NCBI RefSeq assembly: GCF_036321535.1
Contig: NC_087437.1
Span: 87,546,001-87,610,000, forward strand
Origin: Camelus dromedarius
Lineage: Eukaryota
Length of the DNA: 64,000 nucleotides
Direction of reading: 5' to 3'
The notes under the pieces: model-generated
Databases searched by the model: none
Seen by the model: the letters and a program-made list of their open reading frames with translations, nothing else
What the model was told of the DNA's origin: nothing
Part shown: piece after piece, positions 26,709-38,780 of the stretch
Layout: every line of letters starts with the position of its first letter
Position numbering within the stretch: position 1 is the first letter of the stretch
Translations under genes and position numbers: made by a program

Positions 26709-27939
26709 CTAGAAACCATAAAGGTGAGAATCAAGCTAATATTTACCAAGGTGCAGACGGATGAAATCATTTGCACAAGGTCATGTCCGGGTTTCCTGGT
26801 TCCCGGTGAAGTGAAACATTGACTTTATTCTGCTCTTCTGTGAACCAGTCATAAGAGTTCATGGTCACGGCACTCATTTACAGCCCCTTGGTCCTTTAAT
26901 AAGAATTATTATTTATAATTTCAGGAGCATGGGATCGTGCTCACCAACCCAGAGACCAGGTGAGAGAAGGAGGAATGAGGTCAGCTTTGGCTGCAATGCA
27001 AGGAGAATCTGGGAATTTTCCTGAAAGCAAGAGAATGCCTCACACCATCTCTCACCTCATGACTCCTGTATCCATCGTTCCACCCACGGTTTAAGGGGAA
27101 AACTCTGAGTGGAGAGTGAGGGTGAGAAAATTTATTACTTGCACAACTTTAGACAGGTTTTTAACCTTTGTAAGTTCCAGTTTTCTCAGCATCCTCTGGC
27201 TACCTTTATCAAAGCATTTATCCCACTCTACTTTCTTTCTTATCTGACTGTTCTTGAGGACAGGGATTGAGTTTTATTTCGATCTGTGTAAACCTAAAGC
27301 CGAGACTAGCACCTATCAAACATTTAATGATAAGTAACTGTCAAATCAAAGAATAACAGGGTGGATTTTTTTTTAAAAAAAGTAACAAAATGTGCTGTAT
27401 TTTTCAGTAGAATAGAGTGGTTATAAGTAACTAGATCTATACATATCACTATAGTGCCTCAAGATATAATAGGTGAAAATACAGAATACAGACAGCTTGA
27501 TATACAATATTCATGTACAGTTTTAAAACACCAGAACAGTACTGTTCCATTATGATACAAGGTGCCATGTTGTCAAAGGATGGATGAGTGTACAGACCAG
27601 CAAGAGTGGTCGCCTCTGCAGACAACAGGAGGAAATAGGACCTCACAGCTGCTTAAAGAGACTTTACGTACATCTCAATGTGTTATTTCTTAAAAAAAAA
27701 AAAAAAAAAGGAGGGAGAGGAGTTACCACTTCTGAATGGTAGGAATGTAGGCATGTATTATTTGTCCTTTTGGGTCATTTTTTTTCTGAGTCTTCATTTG
27801 CAGCAAACTTCCTCTGTGCTCAACAACACACTCTGTTCCTTATCTTCCTCACAAAATTGCTATAAATATTAAATAATGGAAACATTGTGAAAACACTGTA
27901 AATCTTTACAATGCTATGTGTAATGTAAACGAGCATAAT

Positions 27940-28150
27940 AATTGCTTATAATATCAGTATTCTAAATGTTATTTGTGCCAGGTTACTTCATTCTTATAAA
28001 ACTGACAAGAGAGAGATTATTGTTATCCCCTTTTTACAGATGTGAAAACTGAGCCACAGACAGGTAAACAAAAATGCCCAAGGAAACTTTACCGGTACTT
28101 GTATGAGCCAGGATGGGTCCAATATGAGAACCTGTGCTCTGAACCAGTAC
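27940..28150 (-). mobile_element. MIR SINE
   Basis: ttattgttatcccctttttacagatgtgaaaactgagccacaga is the antisense MIR core. Confidence 0.8.
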
Positions 28151-28264
28151 CTATGATTGCAATCAAGTTGATTTATGTATTGTTTATCAATGTGTTTCTT
28201 CATTACACAATTGAAATATTAAATGACTCAATGAGAGAGTGTCACCGTTGGAAAGTAGTTGGTG

Positions 28265-28475
28265 AAGGCAGTGTGGAGAGATGGGGGTCAGACACACTTA
28301 GTAAATCCTCATTCTGCCACTCTCGTTCATGTAATCTTCTCCCTGAATGGGCCACAGACTTAGTCTCCTCATCTGTGAGATGGATATATTTTCACCTATA
28401 GGATTGATCTAAGTATTGTATTATGTGACACCAAGTAGGACTTCAGTAAATATATAGAAATTATTATTATCATTA
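28265..28475 (+). mobile_element. MIR SINE
   Basis: gggtcagacaca..aaatcctcattctgccac...cttagtctcctcatctgtgagatgg. Confidence 0.65.
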
Positions 28476-28539
28476 TAATTGCCATTACTAATTTTTCCCT
28501 TTTTCTTTCTTTCTTCCCTTATTTTATTCTTTATATAAT

Positions 28540-29290
28540 AATCCTTTCAGCACATGTGGATGGAGCACCTGCTACGCAGCTGGCCTTGCTCTGAGTGCTG
28601 CAGATCGTAAGGGAATAAAACAGACAAATGGAACTATGCGCTTAACGTTTATCTTTAAGTAAAAAGAAAAAGGTAACACACAGATTAAGTATGTAAAGGA
28701 AACTGTGTACTAGTAGATGATAATGCTGTGGGAAAAAATAAAGCAGACAAGTCATGAAGGGTATCCCAGAGGAGGGGGAAGGTTGATAATTTCAGTAAGA
28801 AAAGACCACATTAAAAAAGTGACAATTCAAAGAACACCTACAAGAGAAAAGAGAGGGAGACCAGGTGAATGTCCAGAGGAACAGCATTTTGAGCAGAAGG
28901 AACAGAGGCCTGGGATGGGGTGGTGGTGGTTTATTTGAGGAGCAGCAAGAAAACCACAGTGGATGGAGTTGAACGAGGAAGGAGGGGAGATACTGAGATC
29001 AGAGAAGTCTGGGTGGAGGCTGGGATCATCAAAGGAAGGGCACTTTCCAGAGTCCATCGTAAGCATTTTGAGTTTTATTCTGAGTGAAGCAGAACATTGC
29101 TGGAGTGTTTTAAGAACAGAGCAGTGAGCTGACAGCTCCGGCTGGCATGTGAAGCAGAGATGGGAGAAAGGGAAGGATGATAGCAAAAAGTCAGTCTAAA
29201 AGCTTTTGCAGTAACCCTGCTGAGAGATACTAATGTCTTGGGTCAGAGAATATGATGCTGGTGGAGTGAGGACAACCGCTTGGGTCATGT
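28540..29290 (-). mobile_element. L2 LINE fragment
   Basis: ggagcacctgctacg...ctgagtgctgcagat; gaggaacagcatttt..cagaaggaacag; ttttattctgagtgaa...ggagtgttttaag are antisense L2. Confidence 0.8.
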
Positions 29291-29829
29291 TGACATTTGA
29301 TTCCATTATTGGCCCCAAAGCAGTGAGAAAAGGTGGAGGCAGATTTTAAGGAAGGCAGGATGCATCCAGCATCACCTCAGATGCAGCCTCTACACAGTCT
29401 ACAAGCAAGAAGAGTTGGTTATTATCTTGCTAAGAGGAGTGGGTCAGTTTTGCTGTTCAGAGAGTTCAGGGAAATCTGGAGGTGCCAGTTCTTAAGCACA
29501 TCAGTTCGATTTTCCCAAGCCAGTCCCCATGCCATGCTCTTTCTCTCTCAGGGGCCTGAGTTAGCACAGGAGACTTACCAAGATTGAATTTCAGCCTATT
29601 TCAAAACTCTGTTACTCTCAATTGCTCCCAGGCTGTAGGCGAGGAGGCTCCTTTACATACTACCAACAAAGCCTTCTGGCTTTCGCCTTGGGTCCTGACT
29701 TGATAGTTGACTGATTTGGTCCAATTAATTTCTTCCTTCAGTGCATCAAAGCCACTTAAAAACAGCGAATCCCCTCCAGAGTCCCTGTAATTACCACTTC
29801 TCTTGCGAAAGTAGCATATTAGAGGCAAT

Positions 29830-30245
29830 GGTAATAATTATAAGGACTGGCGTGATAGCAGGAGACTCTGCTAGGAAAGCCAAGAAGGGAAGCAGAGAGT
29901 TGTTACCAAGCAAGTTATCACTACAGGTAACCAGAGCTTCATCAACCTGGGGAGTCTGGAAGCTAATGCGGGACTCAGCTCTTACAGTGAGCCCAGCAGA
30001 AGAACCACAGGCTGAGGTATTTATACATGCACTCCAACCAGTCACGGGCTTCATACTGCTCCCAGAGAGCGTTAATTCTCTGGCACTTACTTCCTGCTGT
30101 GCCTGTGGTAGAGTGGAATCCAGCCACTAGAGAAGGGCCTCAGGCAATGAGTTACAGATGCCAGCAGCTGGAAGTCCGTCCGGTGTGCCCGACACTTGAA
30201 AGGCCCAAGGTGTATGGTCAGGGCACTGACACACATCTCGTCTAG
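29830..30245 (-). mobile_element. ERVL-class solo LTR (LTR16/LTR40-like)
   Basis: gctgaggtatttatacatgcactccaaccagtca...gttaattctctggcactt resembles antisense ERVL LTRs (TATAAATACC on minus). Confidence 0.5.
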
Positions 30246-31180
30246 CATATCATTCTACTGTCAGGGAACATCTGGGTAGCTTCTAGGGTTTGTCTTTTAT
30301 GATTAGTGCTGCTGGAACATTCTTGTACATGCCTTCTGTTGAACACTTGCCCGTGTTTATAGTTAGTATATACCTAGAACAGGAATTACTGGGTCCCGGA
30401 GTTCCCATATGTTCAGCATATTAGATACTCAAACATTTCTCTGAAAGCATCACACCAATTCCCACTCTCAGAACAGTTTCTGACAACTGCGTTTGTGCCA
30501 GCTTGCTGGAAATAATTAATATTTTCTATCTTTTCTCATTTTAGCCGTTCTATGAATGTCTTGCTGCACATGTATTATTCTAATGAAATTAGAATGGTAG
30601 TAATTCCCTGATTGTTAATGAAATTGTTTATCTTTTAATTTGAAAACTGAATATCCTATATTATAAAGTGCCTATTCTGATATATACCTTTTTCATTTAA
30701 TTAAACAAAATCATACTATAAAGTTGATATTGTTTCTTTTTTTATTCACATTTTTGATGATTTTGAAATCTATCAATGTTTTATTTGCAGACGTAATTCA
30801 TTCACTTTATCTCTTCAATATTATGCTTATACCACATAGTATTTTTCCATTCCCCAGATATGGGCCCCAATTTAGCTTCCATTTTTTTTCTTCCATGAAA
30901 ATGCTGTGAAAACCATCTTCATTCATGTTATTTTTTTTTTTTTTTTGATCAGTGAGAGGGTTCCTTGGGGTTATATACAAAGAATAGGAACATCTGTATT
31001 GTGGGCTATATACTAACTAAAGTTCAAAACTTCTTGAAAGATTAAGAATATTTTTTTTCCCCATGAAGGACCTGAGTGGTACATCTTGGCCAGGACTTGC
31101 TATTTTCCAGTGTTCTCATTGTGGCTTCCATTGCTTTTTCTCTGATTACTAATAAACCTGAGCATCTCTGTTTATTAGTA
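30245..31180 (-). mobile_element. Old L1 (L1ME-like), first segment
   Basis: gtgctgctggaacattcttgtacatg...tatacctagaacaggaattactgggtc; ctctgattactaataaacctgagcatct. Confidence 0.7.
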
Positions 31181-31329
31181 GGTTATTAGCAGGTTAGCCT
31201 CATGGCAGAGGTGACATATATAGAATACAAATATGAAGCAGATTTATTGGGGAAACTCTTAGGCAGACGTTGTCTGTATGCAGTCCCCGAGTCCGCACTC
31301 TCTCACTGGCCTAGTACAGCTGGGCCTCA

Positions 31330-33670
31330 TGCAGCCCGATATATTGTAGTTTGTACTCCTGGAAAGGTACTCCACTGAAACCTTCTTCTCTACATGTTTA
31401 CCAGGAAATTGGAAAATGACAGGGAACATCTGATGAATTGCATAATCTGGGAATGAGATGATCTCAACCTTCCCACTCTTAGAATTATCTTTGCTGATGA
31501 GAGGAGCATCTAGACTTCCTGAGTTATGTACTGGAACTTGCTTCTCGAGGCCAATATCAAGTAGAGACCTTCCAGATCTTCATACTGAGCCAGTTCACTT
31601 CTAAGCTACCTTAATAGGGAGCTGTGTAGGACATCCATCCATCCATCCATTCATCCATCGAGGGCTCAGCATTTTCTTGGTCACCTATTGATCCCTAGAA
31701 GGAGAATTATTAAACATAAGCCTCTCTGTCAGGGGTGGAAATTAACTGAAACTTCAATGAAGCTTCTAGCTTCTCTTGAAAATGGTGGAGAAGATATTAT
31801 GTAAGTACAGAGCCAGTAAAATTAGCAAAATTTTTATTAGAAGAATTTGTGGAGATCATTTAAACCACTTGTCTAAGAAGCTCAAGCTGAGAAAACAAGA
31901 AGAACTCCTGGGATCAAATTGAAGGATGGCTCAGAGTAATATTTTTAAATGTCATTAGGTGAAAGGCCGTATATCCTTTCTTAGCCCAAGAATTCCACTG
32001 ACAGTGCAAGAAACCTGCGTGGATCATGTGATCTGTCCCTCCCCACCCCTGGTTCTTGGGTCATCATGAAGAATTATATGACCCCCTTCCTGAGCGCAAA
32101 TAATACTTTATCTAAGTGGAAAGCAAGAGAAAGTCTGCCTACTTCAGAGAAGAACAAGTCCTCGGGGACACAAAGTATTGTAATAATAGTTCATTCTGAG
32201 GTCAAGTCATACATTTAACTGGTATTAATTATCTCCTGCTGTGGGCAGATAGCAAGGTTTGGTTGCATTAAGAAGGTGAAGAAGACTGTGCCCGAGGCTT
32301 TTGCAGTAAGACCTACTCTGTGAAGTAGTTGCAGAGTTTCCCAAGAGCCGAGCTGTCAGGAGAAGCATAGCATTCTATGCCAGAGGGAACAAAGAAAGGC
32401 TGATGTAATTTGTGTGGCTGATGGAAATATCTATGTAGAGGAATAAGACAAACAGACTAAAGAGGCTGTGACAGTCATCAGGAGTGAGTGATTGTCTAGG
32501 AAAGGGAATGGCCTCTGACAAGGTCCCCCACACCTTGGTCACACTGCACGAGCCATTCGCAACATCACTCTGAGCCACAGACGGTTGAGGCTGGTTGTTT
32601 TGGGATAGGAAAGAAGAAAGAGAATTTACCCACCCTCTGACCACCCCTCCCCAACATCCCGAGGTCAAACATGTTCATGCATATGTTGTTGCTTTGGGAA
32701 ACTGCTAGAATGCTTGTCCTACCTCTGCAGGTATAAACAAAAGTCCAATAGTCACCATTCTGCCTTTAATGACGACTTCTGAAGAAAAATAAGGACAGCT
32801 GCAATAGAAAGGGAATCAGTAACAAAACCATGAAAACTATAGCAATGTTTCACTTCCAGAGAGTTGGAATCATAAAAGTGCAGGGAGTGATATGATGCTA
32901 TCCTGGGCACAAGAGGATCTAAAATTACTGAGATCATGTCTACCCAGCCATCCTCAATCCGTGCAACACAAATTCCCATCCATTCACTGGTGGTCAAGGT
33001 ACTTATGAGTAAAGGGGAAGGAAGAGTGAGCACTGAGATACAGAATCGTGAGAGATCCCACATATCAGATAGAAATGGAACAATCTCCAAGATGTGGTAA
33101 GTGAGAAGAGCAAGATGCAGAACAGCAGGTACAGTGTGTTCTATTTTTGTTGAATATACAACACTACCATGTTGTGGTACAGAAATATGAGTACCCTGAT
33201 TGACCACATGGACTTTACTTCTTCCTTCCCCATGACTGACACCTAGGGGCTGAGGAACTTCACTCAGGAAGAAAAAAACTCTTGTGAAGTGTGAAAGTGT
33301 TCAATTGTTTGAGGTCAGTCTCCAAGGATAGCTGAAACACTCATCCTTTTGGAAGTCATTGCCGGAGAGGCTGTCATAGAGCATCTTTGAGAGGGTCACC
33401 CCATTGCTCAGTGGTGGTTGCCATCCACGTATGATAGTGACATCAACCACCAGATGCCATGCTGGGAGGCTTGCTTTCCAATTGGAGGGATGGCTTTGTC
33501 AATGAGAGAAATATCCTGACCTTAGATGTCAGGCAACCTGTGGAGTTTGGGTACCAGGGGCTTTATCACTGGGAGAACTTGGAGATTCTTTTGTGGATCT
33601 AGCTCATTGCTAGGCTACTCAGGATAGCCACAGAGATTCCAGTTACTACACAGGTCTGTCTCCCATCAGT
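31330..33670 (+). mobile_element. Highly decayed Ty3/Gypsy-like LTR-retrotransposon internal region (gag, protease, N-terminal RT)
   Basis: Collinear frame-broken motifs: FLLEEF...WDQIEGWLRVIFLNVIR*KAVY (about 31830-31975), CNLCG (32404), GHTARA (32537), KGISNKTMKT (32809), YDAILG (32891), VIEHL*EGHPIAQWWLP (33373), DAMLGG (33453), RQPVEF (33531), LLGYSG*PQRFQLLHRSVSHQ (33607-33669). Confidence 0.55.
31632..31658. repeat. (CCAT)n tetranucleotide microsatellite
   Basis: catccatccatccatccattcatccat. Confidence 0.9.
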
Positions 33671-33744
33671 TTTGAAGGTGCCTGCTTCTCTAATTTATAG
33701 CCTTTGCTCATTTTCTTCTTGATTTCTCTACTGACAAGTAAAGT

Positions 33745-33975
33745 TCCAATTCTAGAACTGACTGTCTGGATTCAAATTCCAGCTCCACCAGTTAACAAAC
33801 TGTGGGACTTTAGGCAAGTCACTTAAATTCTTTGTGTATCAATTTTCCTTAATTTGCAAGGGACTGAATAATGTTTTACCTTCAGAGGTTTATTGTGATT
33901 AAATAAATTAATAGTTTAAGCACTTTCAAACACTCTGGAAAAATGTAAAGCACATTTATGTAGTAAGTGAATGAA
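33745..33975 (+). mobile_element. MIR SINE
   Basis: gactgtctggattcaaattccagctccacca...gactttaggcaagtcacttaaattctttgtg. Confidence 0.85.
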
Positions 33976-34276
33976 TTGAGCTTTCTTGTCTATTTCTTGC
34001 TAATTCAAAGAAATGTATTCTACATACCAGATATTAATTTTTATAGATTACAGATGTACACATATCTTCTGATCTGTCTCCAATTTGTTAATGCCTTTTG
34101 TTATTCTTTTTTAAAAAAGCCTTATATATTATCTAATCAAATGTCTTCATCTTTTCCTTATGGTTCTGCGGTCCAGTTTAAGAAATTTTCACTACCCCAA
34201 GTTCAGAAAGATATTTGTCTATTTACCTTATAATTTAATCTTTGACATTTAAGCATTTAATTCACTTACTCTAGTA

Positions 34277-34414
34277 CAGTCATCCCTCAGTATCTGCAGG
34301 GGATTGGTTTTGGACCCCTGCAGAAACCCAAATCTGCATGATGCTCGGATCCCTTACCAAATCTGCTATGGGTTGAATATAATCGTGGAACCTGTGGATT
34401 TGGAGGACCCACCA
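34277..34414 (+). mobile_element. MER2-like TcMar-Tigger MITE, internally deleted
   Basis: Starts cagtcatccctcagtatctgcaggggattggtt, ends ggaacctgtggatttggaggacccacca; TA dinucleotide on both sides. Confidence 0.8.
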
Positions 34415-34724
34415 TATATGGCATGTGTTAGATGCACAAGTGTATTTTCCCCACAAAGCTGACTAAAAATGAATCCTTTGTCAACAGATTTATCTTACCA
34501 CCATTATCACATGCTAACTTCACATTTATAGTAAGTACTATTTCTGAAATATCCTGTTACATTGGTCTATTTATCTTCATACTAACATCATTAAGACTAT
34601 CATAATTATTGTAACCTTATATTGAGGATGGGAGTAAATCTTACCATTTTTCTCTAATTTTACAAAAATTACTTTAGCTATGGGTGAGTCTTTTCCTTTA
34701 TAGACTGAGTGTATCAAGAAGGTC

Positions 34725-35849
34725 CAAAAATAAACAAATGGGATCTACGTAAACTTATAAGCTTTTGCATAGCAAAGGAAACCATAAGCAAAACAAAAAG
34801 ACAACCTACAGAATAGGAGAAAATATTTACAAATAATGAGAATGACAAGGGCTTGATTTCTAGAATATGTAAAGAGTTCATGCAATTTAATAATAATAAA
34901 AAAAACTCAATCCAAAAGTGGGCAGAAGGCCTAAATAAGCATTTCTCCAATGAAGATATACATATGGCCAATAGGCACATGAAAGAATGTTCAATATCGC
35001 TAATTATCAGAGAAATGGAAATCAAAACTACAATGAGGTATCACCATAACCAGTCAGAATGGCCATCAATAAAAAGTCCATAAATGACAAATGCTGGAGA
35101 GGCTGTGGAGAAAAGGGAACCCTTCTACACTGTTGGTGAGAATGTAGTTTGATGCAGCCATTGTGGAAAACAGTATGGAAATGCCTCAAAAAAAACTAAA
35201 ATTAGACTTACCATATGATCCAGCAATCCCACTCCTGAGCATATGTCTAGAGGGAACTCTAATTCGAAAAGATGCATGTACCCCAATGTTTGTAGCAGCA
35301 CTATTTACAATAGCCAAGACATGGAAACAACCTACAAGTCCATCGACAGATGACTGGATAAAGAAGCTGTGGTATATTTATACAATGGAATACTACTCAG
35401 CCATAAAAAGAATAAAATAATGCCCTTTGCAGCAACATAGATGGACCTGGAGATTGTCATTCTAAGTAAACCAGAAAAAGAAAGAAAAATACCATATGAT
35501 ACCACATATATGTGTAATCTAAAAAAAAAAAGGCACAAATTAACTTATTTACAAAACAGAAACAGACTCATAGGCATAGAAAATAAACTTATGGTTACCA
35601 GCGGGGGAGGGAAATGGGGAAGGGATAAATTAAGAGTTCGAGATTTGCAGATACTAGCTACTATATATAAAATAGATAAACAAGTTTCTACTGTATAGCA
35701 CAGAAACTATTATCAATATCTTGTAGTAACCTATAATGAAAAAGAATATGAAAATGAATATATGTATGTATATTATGACTGAACTATCATGCTGTACACC
35801 AGAAATTGACACAACAGTGTAAACTGACTATACTTCAGTTAAAAAAAAA
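34725..35849 (+). mobile_element. Relatively young 5'-truncated L1 (ORF2 C-terminus, 3' UTR, poly-A)
   Basis: Peptides [63 protein letters not shown] are L1 ORF2p C-terminal motifs; frameshifted. Confidence 0.96.
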
Positions 35850-36049
35850 GTCTTAAAATTCTTCTGGCATTTTGTACTAAATTTGCTGTTCGTTTATATC
35901 TAAATATTAATAGCGTTGGCATCTTTATGATGTTAAGTTGCTCCATCCATGAATATATGATCAACCTTTTGGACATCAAGATTTACAAACTTAATTTTTA
36001 CTTAAGACTCACACTCAAATGTGCTTTGTTAATGGAAGGGTTCCTCATT

Positions 36050-36960
36050 AACTTAAATTTTCGCATTGTGAACTATGTATCCCACATTCGAGTCTAAAAG
36101 AAAAAGGAAGTACATTGTGACATGGGTCAACATCATTGCGAAATTTCATTAAGCTGCAGAAAGTTTTACTTTTTTATGTTTCTGCTTATGAGTAGTCAAA
36201 CAATATTTATTGTCACCATACACATTAACTTACAACTACTTTGCAACACAGTTAGAGCTGATTGCACTTAGTAATCCAAGATTCTCTTTCCAGGTACCAT
36301 GATATATTACCCATGCAACAACTTAAATAAAAGTTTTAATGGGAAAATCCTAATTGGCCTCTTGGGGAAATGTAATTGAATTCGATTGCAGAGTATGTTG
36401 GATTAACAGATATAGGTTTTATATGGCCTTGCTCTGAATAGTCATTTAGTGGTCTAATAAAGATGGAATACTTTCAAATCTGCCTTATAAAATGAGCGGT
36501 GGTGTGGTCACTGCAATTTTTTTATCAGAGAAATCTATTATTAAAGATTGCATTGGTTGAGATTAGAGAAAAGCTGATTATGAGAAATATTCAAAGAAAT
36601 GACATTCAGAATTTAGTTTCTTCAAAGTATTTGGTGATGCTTCTCTCATTTTAAGTAACCTAAACTTTCTTTCAAAATTTGTCTGAAAGATTGACTTACA
36701 ACACTGGAAAATCTCTATGTGGAATTTACACGATCATATAAAATATAATCCTAATTATTTGCACTGCCCCTGATGGTTTTTCACATAATGAAAAGTAACC
36801 CAAACTATTTCAAGTTTAGGGAACATGGGTTTGAACATCAACAAAGTGTTATTATATGAGTAATGCTGTATCATTACTCAGCTGATGAATTGCTTTATTT
36901 TGACAATAGCCTTGTTTTTAACAGTTACTACATGCAAAGTGCCTGACAAGGAAAGGTAGA
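36050..36960. promoter_or_regulatory. Candidate enhancer / conserved non-coding block
   Basis: Repeat-free; dense TAAT/ATTA, CATTG/ACAAT and GGATTA motifs; near-P3 TAATTGAATTC at 36373. Confidence 0.3.
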
Positions 36961-38559
36961 GAAAATAATCATGAATAAAACACATTCCAAGAATTAACTG
37001 GATTTACAGGGCAAAGGGGTAGGTTTATAAACCAAAACCCAGGATAAAGTATAAGTTTATTTATCATATTAATTTGGTAAGAATCTATCAGATTACAGAG
37101 GAAAAAACATTCGATCTAGTCAAAAAAGAGGGTAAAGAGTAAGGGAATAAATACTTCTCAGAGATAACAACACTAGAACTAAATCTTGGGAAAGAAATAA
37201 AAGTCCAGAAAACAGAAAGGAATGGGAAGATGTCTTATTTTATTCATTTTGTTTTTTAAATTATTTTTATTTCTTGAAGAAAAATATTATGCTTATGGAA
37301 GAAAACCTAAGACATATTTGGGAAAATAATAATTAATACTTTTTTTAAATGTATACATTTTGTTTGGTTTAACTTCTCTTCATAGAGCTACACATTGACT
37401 GTGTAAAGATGCAATTCACTGTAACAACATCGATTAAGCTTTCTGCTATTTCCAAGCATTGTTCTGCACATAAAATACCAAGTGATCATAACACACCCTA
37501 GAGAATCTGAACAAGTTTTTTGCTTTTATCTAATCATTGAAAGTCTTTCTACCACAGGGAGAAGTAAAAGGGCCTTTCGTGTGTTTGGTTTTTGACAAGG
37601 GCTTTTCTCTCACTTCTGTGCCCCATTCAGAAGTTGTACGATATTGATTATAGAGCGCGTCTGTGATCCTTAGGATTGCTTTATTCCATTGAAAACCATC
37701 TTTTAGCTTGTGTAGCTGTTACAGCACTGCAGGAGGCTTCGCGGAAGTAATTATCCATGCATTGTTATAGAGTAAGTGCCCCAAGGGGAAAAGTAAGTAC
37801 ATAAAACAACTGAACCAGATGGATATTTGAAAATAAAACACTTAAGATATATGTAGTTTTTGTGGTTAACAACTGTTCACCAGAAAGGAAAAAAACACAA
37901 TATAAATAAACCTTTGCAATTCTTATAGCCTAAGGTGGTTTTGTTGGTGGTGGTGGTGTTTGTAACTCTCATTTGCATGTCTTTAGTTACTTTCAAAGGA
38001 AAGAGCCAACAAACATTTTCCCATTGTCTTAGTGGTTAAGGGGGAAAATGGTTGATCATTTCCTAGGGCAATGACAGATGACAGGGTAGAGCCAACCCCC
38101 AGGAGTCTATGGGAGAATTACCAGTTACAGAAAAATAGCAAATACCACATTTGAGACACTGTGACCTCTGAGGTCTAAAATAAGCGCTTACATTGGGCAC
38201 GGCCATACAGAATGTACCCCTATCTTTGGAACAATGAGGAGAAAAAGTAAAGCAGGTGGAGAGAGCAAGAGCAAGGCTTCATGCCCTCAAAGCCAGACGA
38301 AAGTTGAGCTACAGGACCCCAAAGCGCCGAGCATCGTTCACATAAAGTCAGGAATGCCCGCTAGCAAAGTCACCTTCCACTCCTCCAATTTTCCCCAACT
38401 CAGAGTGTCTTGTCACCTAGGACCTCACTGATTACAAACAGAAATGAGCTGGTATGGTTTCATAGAATGTCGACTTCGTGGAAGCTGTTTCTAGTAGTGA
38501 CCTCAGAGTGGAGTGGAATTGTTACTATTTGAAAAGACTGATATAAGTGCAAATGTTGA

Positions 38560-38780
38560 GGGAAATGTGTGGGCTCTGGGGTCAGGTTGCCAATACTCAT
38601 TCACTATTTCTGCGACTTGGTAACCACTTCATCTCTCCCTGATCACTTAACTTCACTGTAAAGTAGAGGGAAGTTAGCACCTCGCCCAGGGTGAAGTGAG
38701 GGTGCATGTAAAGGGACTGGTCCAGTGTCTGGCCCATCGGATGAATGTATATCAATGCTTATGAATACTGATACTATTAT
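38560..38780 (+). mobile_element. MIR SINE, degenerate
   Basis: gggctctggggtcag...tgcgacttggtaaccactt...ctgtaaagtagagg...cagtgtctggcccat. Confidence 0.6.

Larger units (their letters stand above)
33672..34705 (-). mobile_element. Old L1 (L1ME-like), continuation, mixed with MIR and MER2
   Basis: gtgcctgc...gcctttgctcattttc; ccagtttaagaaattttcactaccccaagttcag; attggtctatttatc follow antisense L1 ORF2 order. Confidence 0.6.

Noticed and set aside
26925..26959. 35-nt plus-strand ag...gtgaga exon-like unit
   Set aside because: Acceptor lacks a real pyrimidine tract; no recognisable peptide or partner exon
31320..31510. RYIVVCTPGKVLH...LRIIFADE resembles DEAD-box motifs Ib/II or a RapGEF REM domain
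   Set aside because: No other helicase or GEF motifs in order, several stops; downstream sequence is better explained as Gypsy-like. Not fully excluded without a search.
31660..32000. GH(P)ID and VYPFLAQEF hinted at a mononegavirus L (endogenous viral element)
   Set aside because: These motifs are hundreds of residues apart in L proteins but only about 100 codons apart here; no GDNQ or other L motifs seen
32752..33207. 151-aa minus-strand ORF
   Set aside because: No recognisable domain; antisense shadow of the decayed Gypsy-like region
34714..35698. Cluster of protein-like ORFs
   Set aside because: Frameshifted L1 ORF2 remnants and their antisense, not host genes
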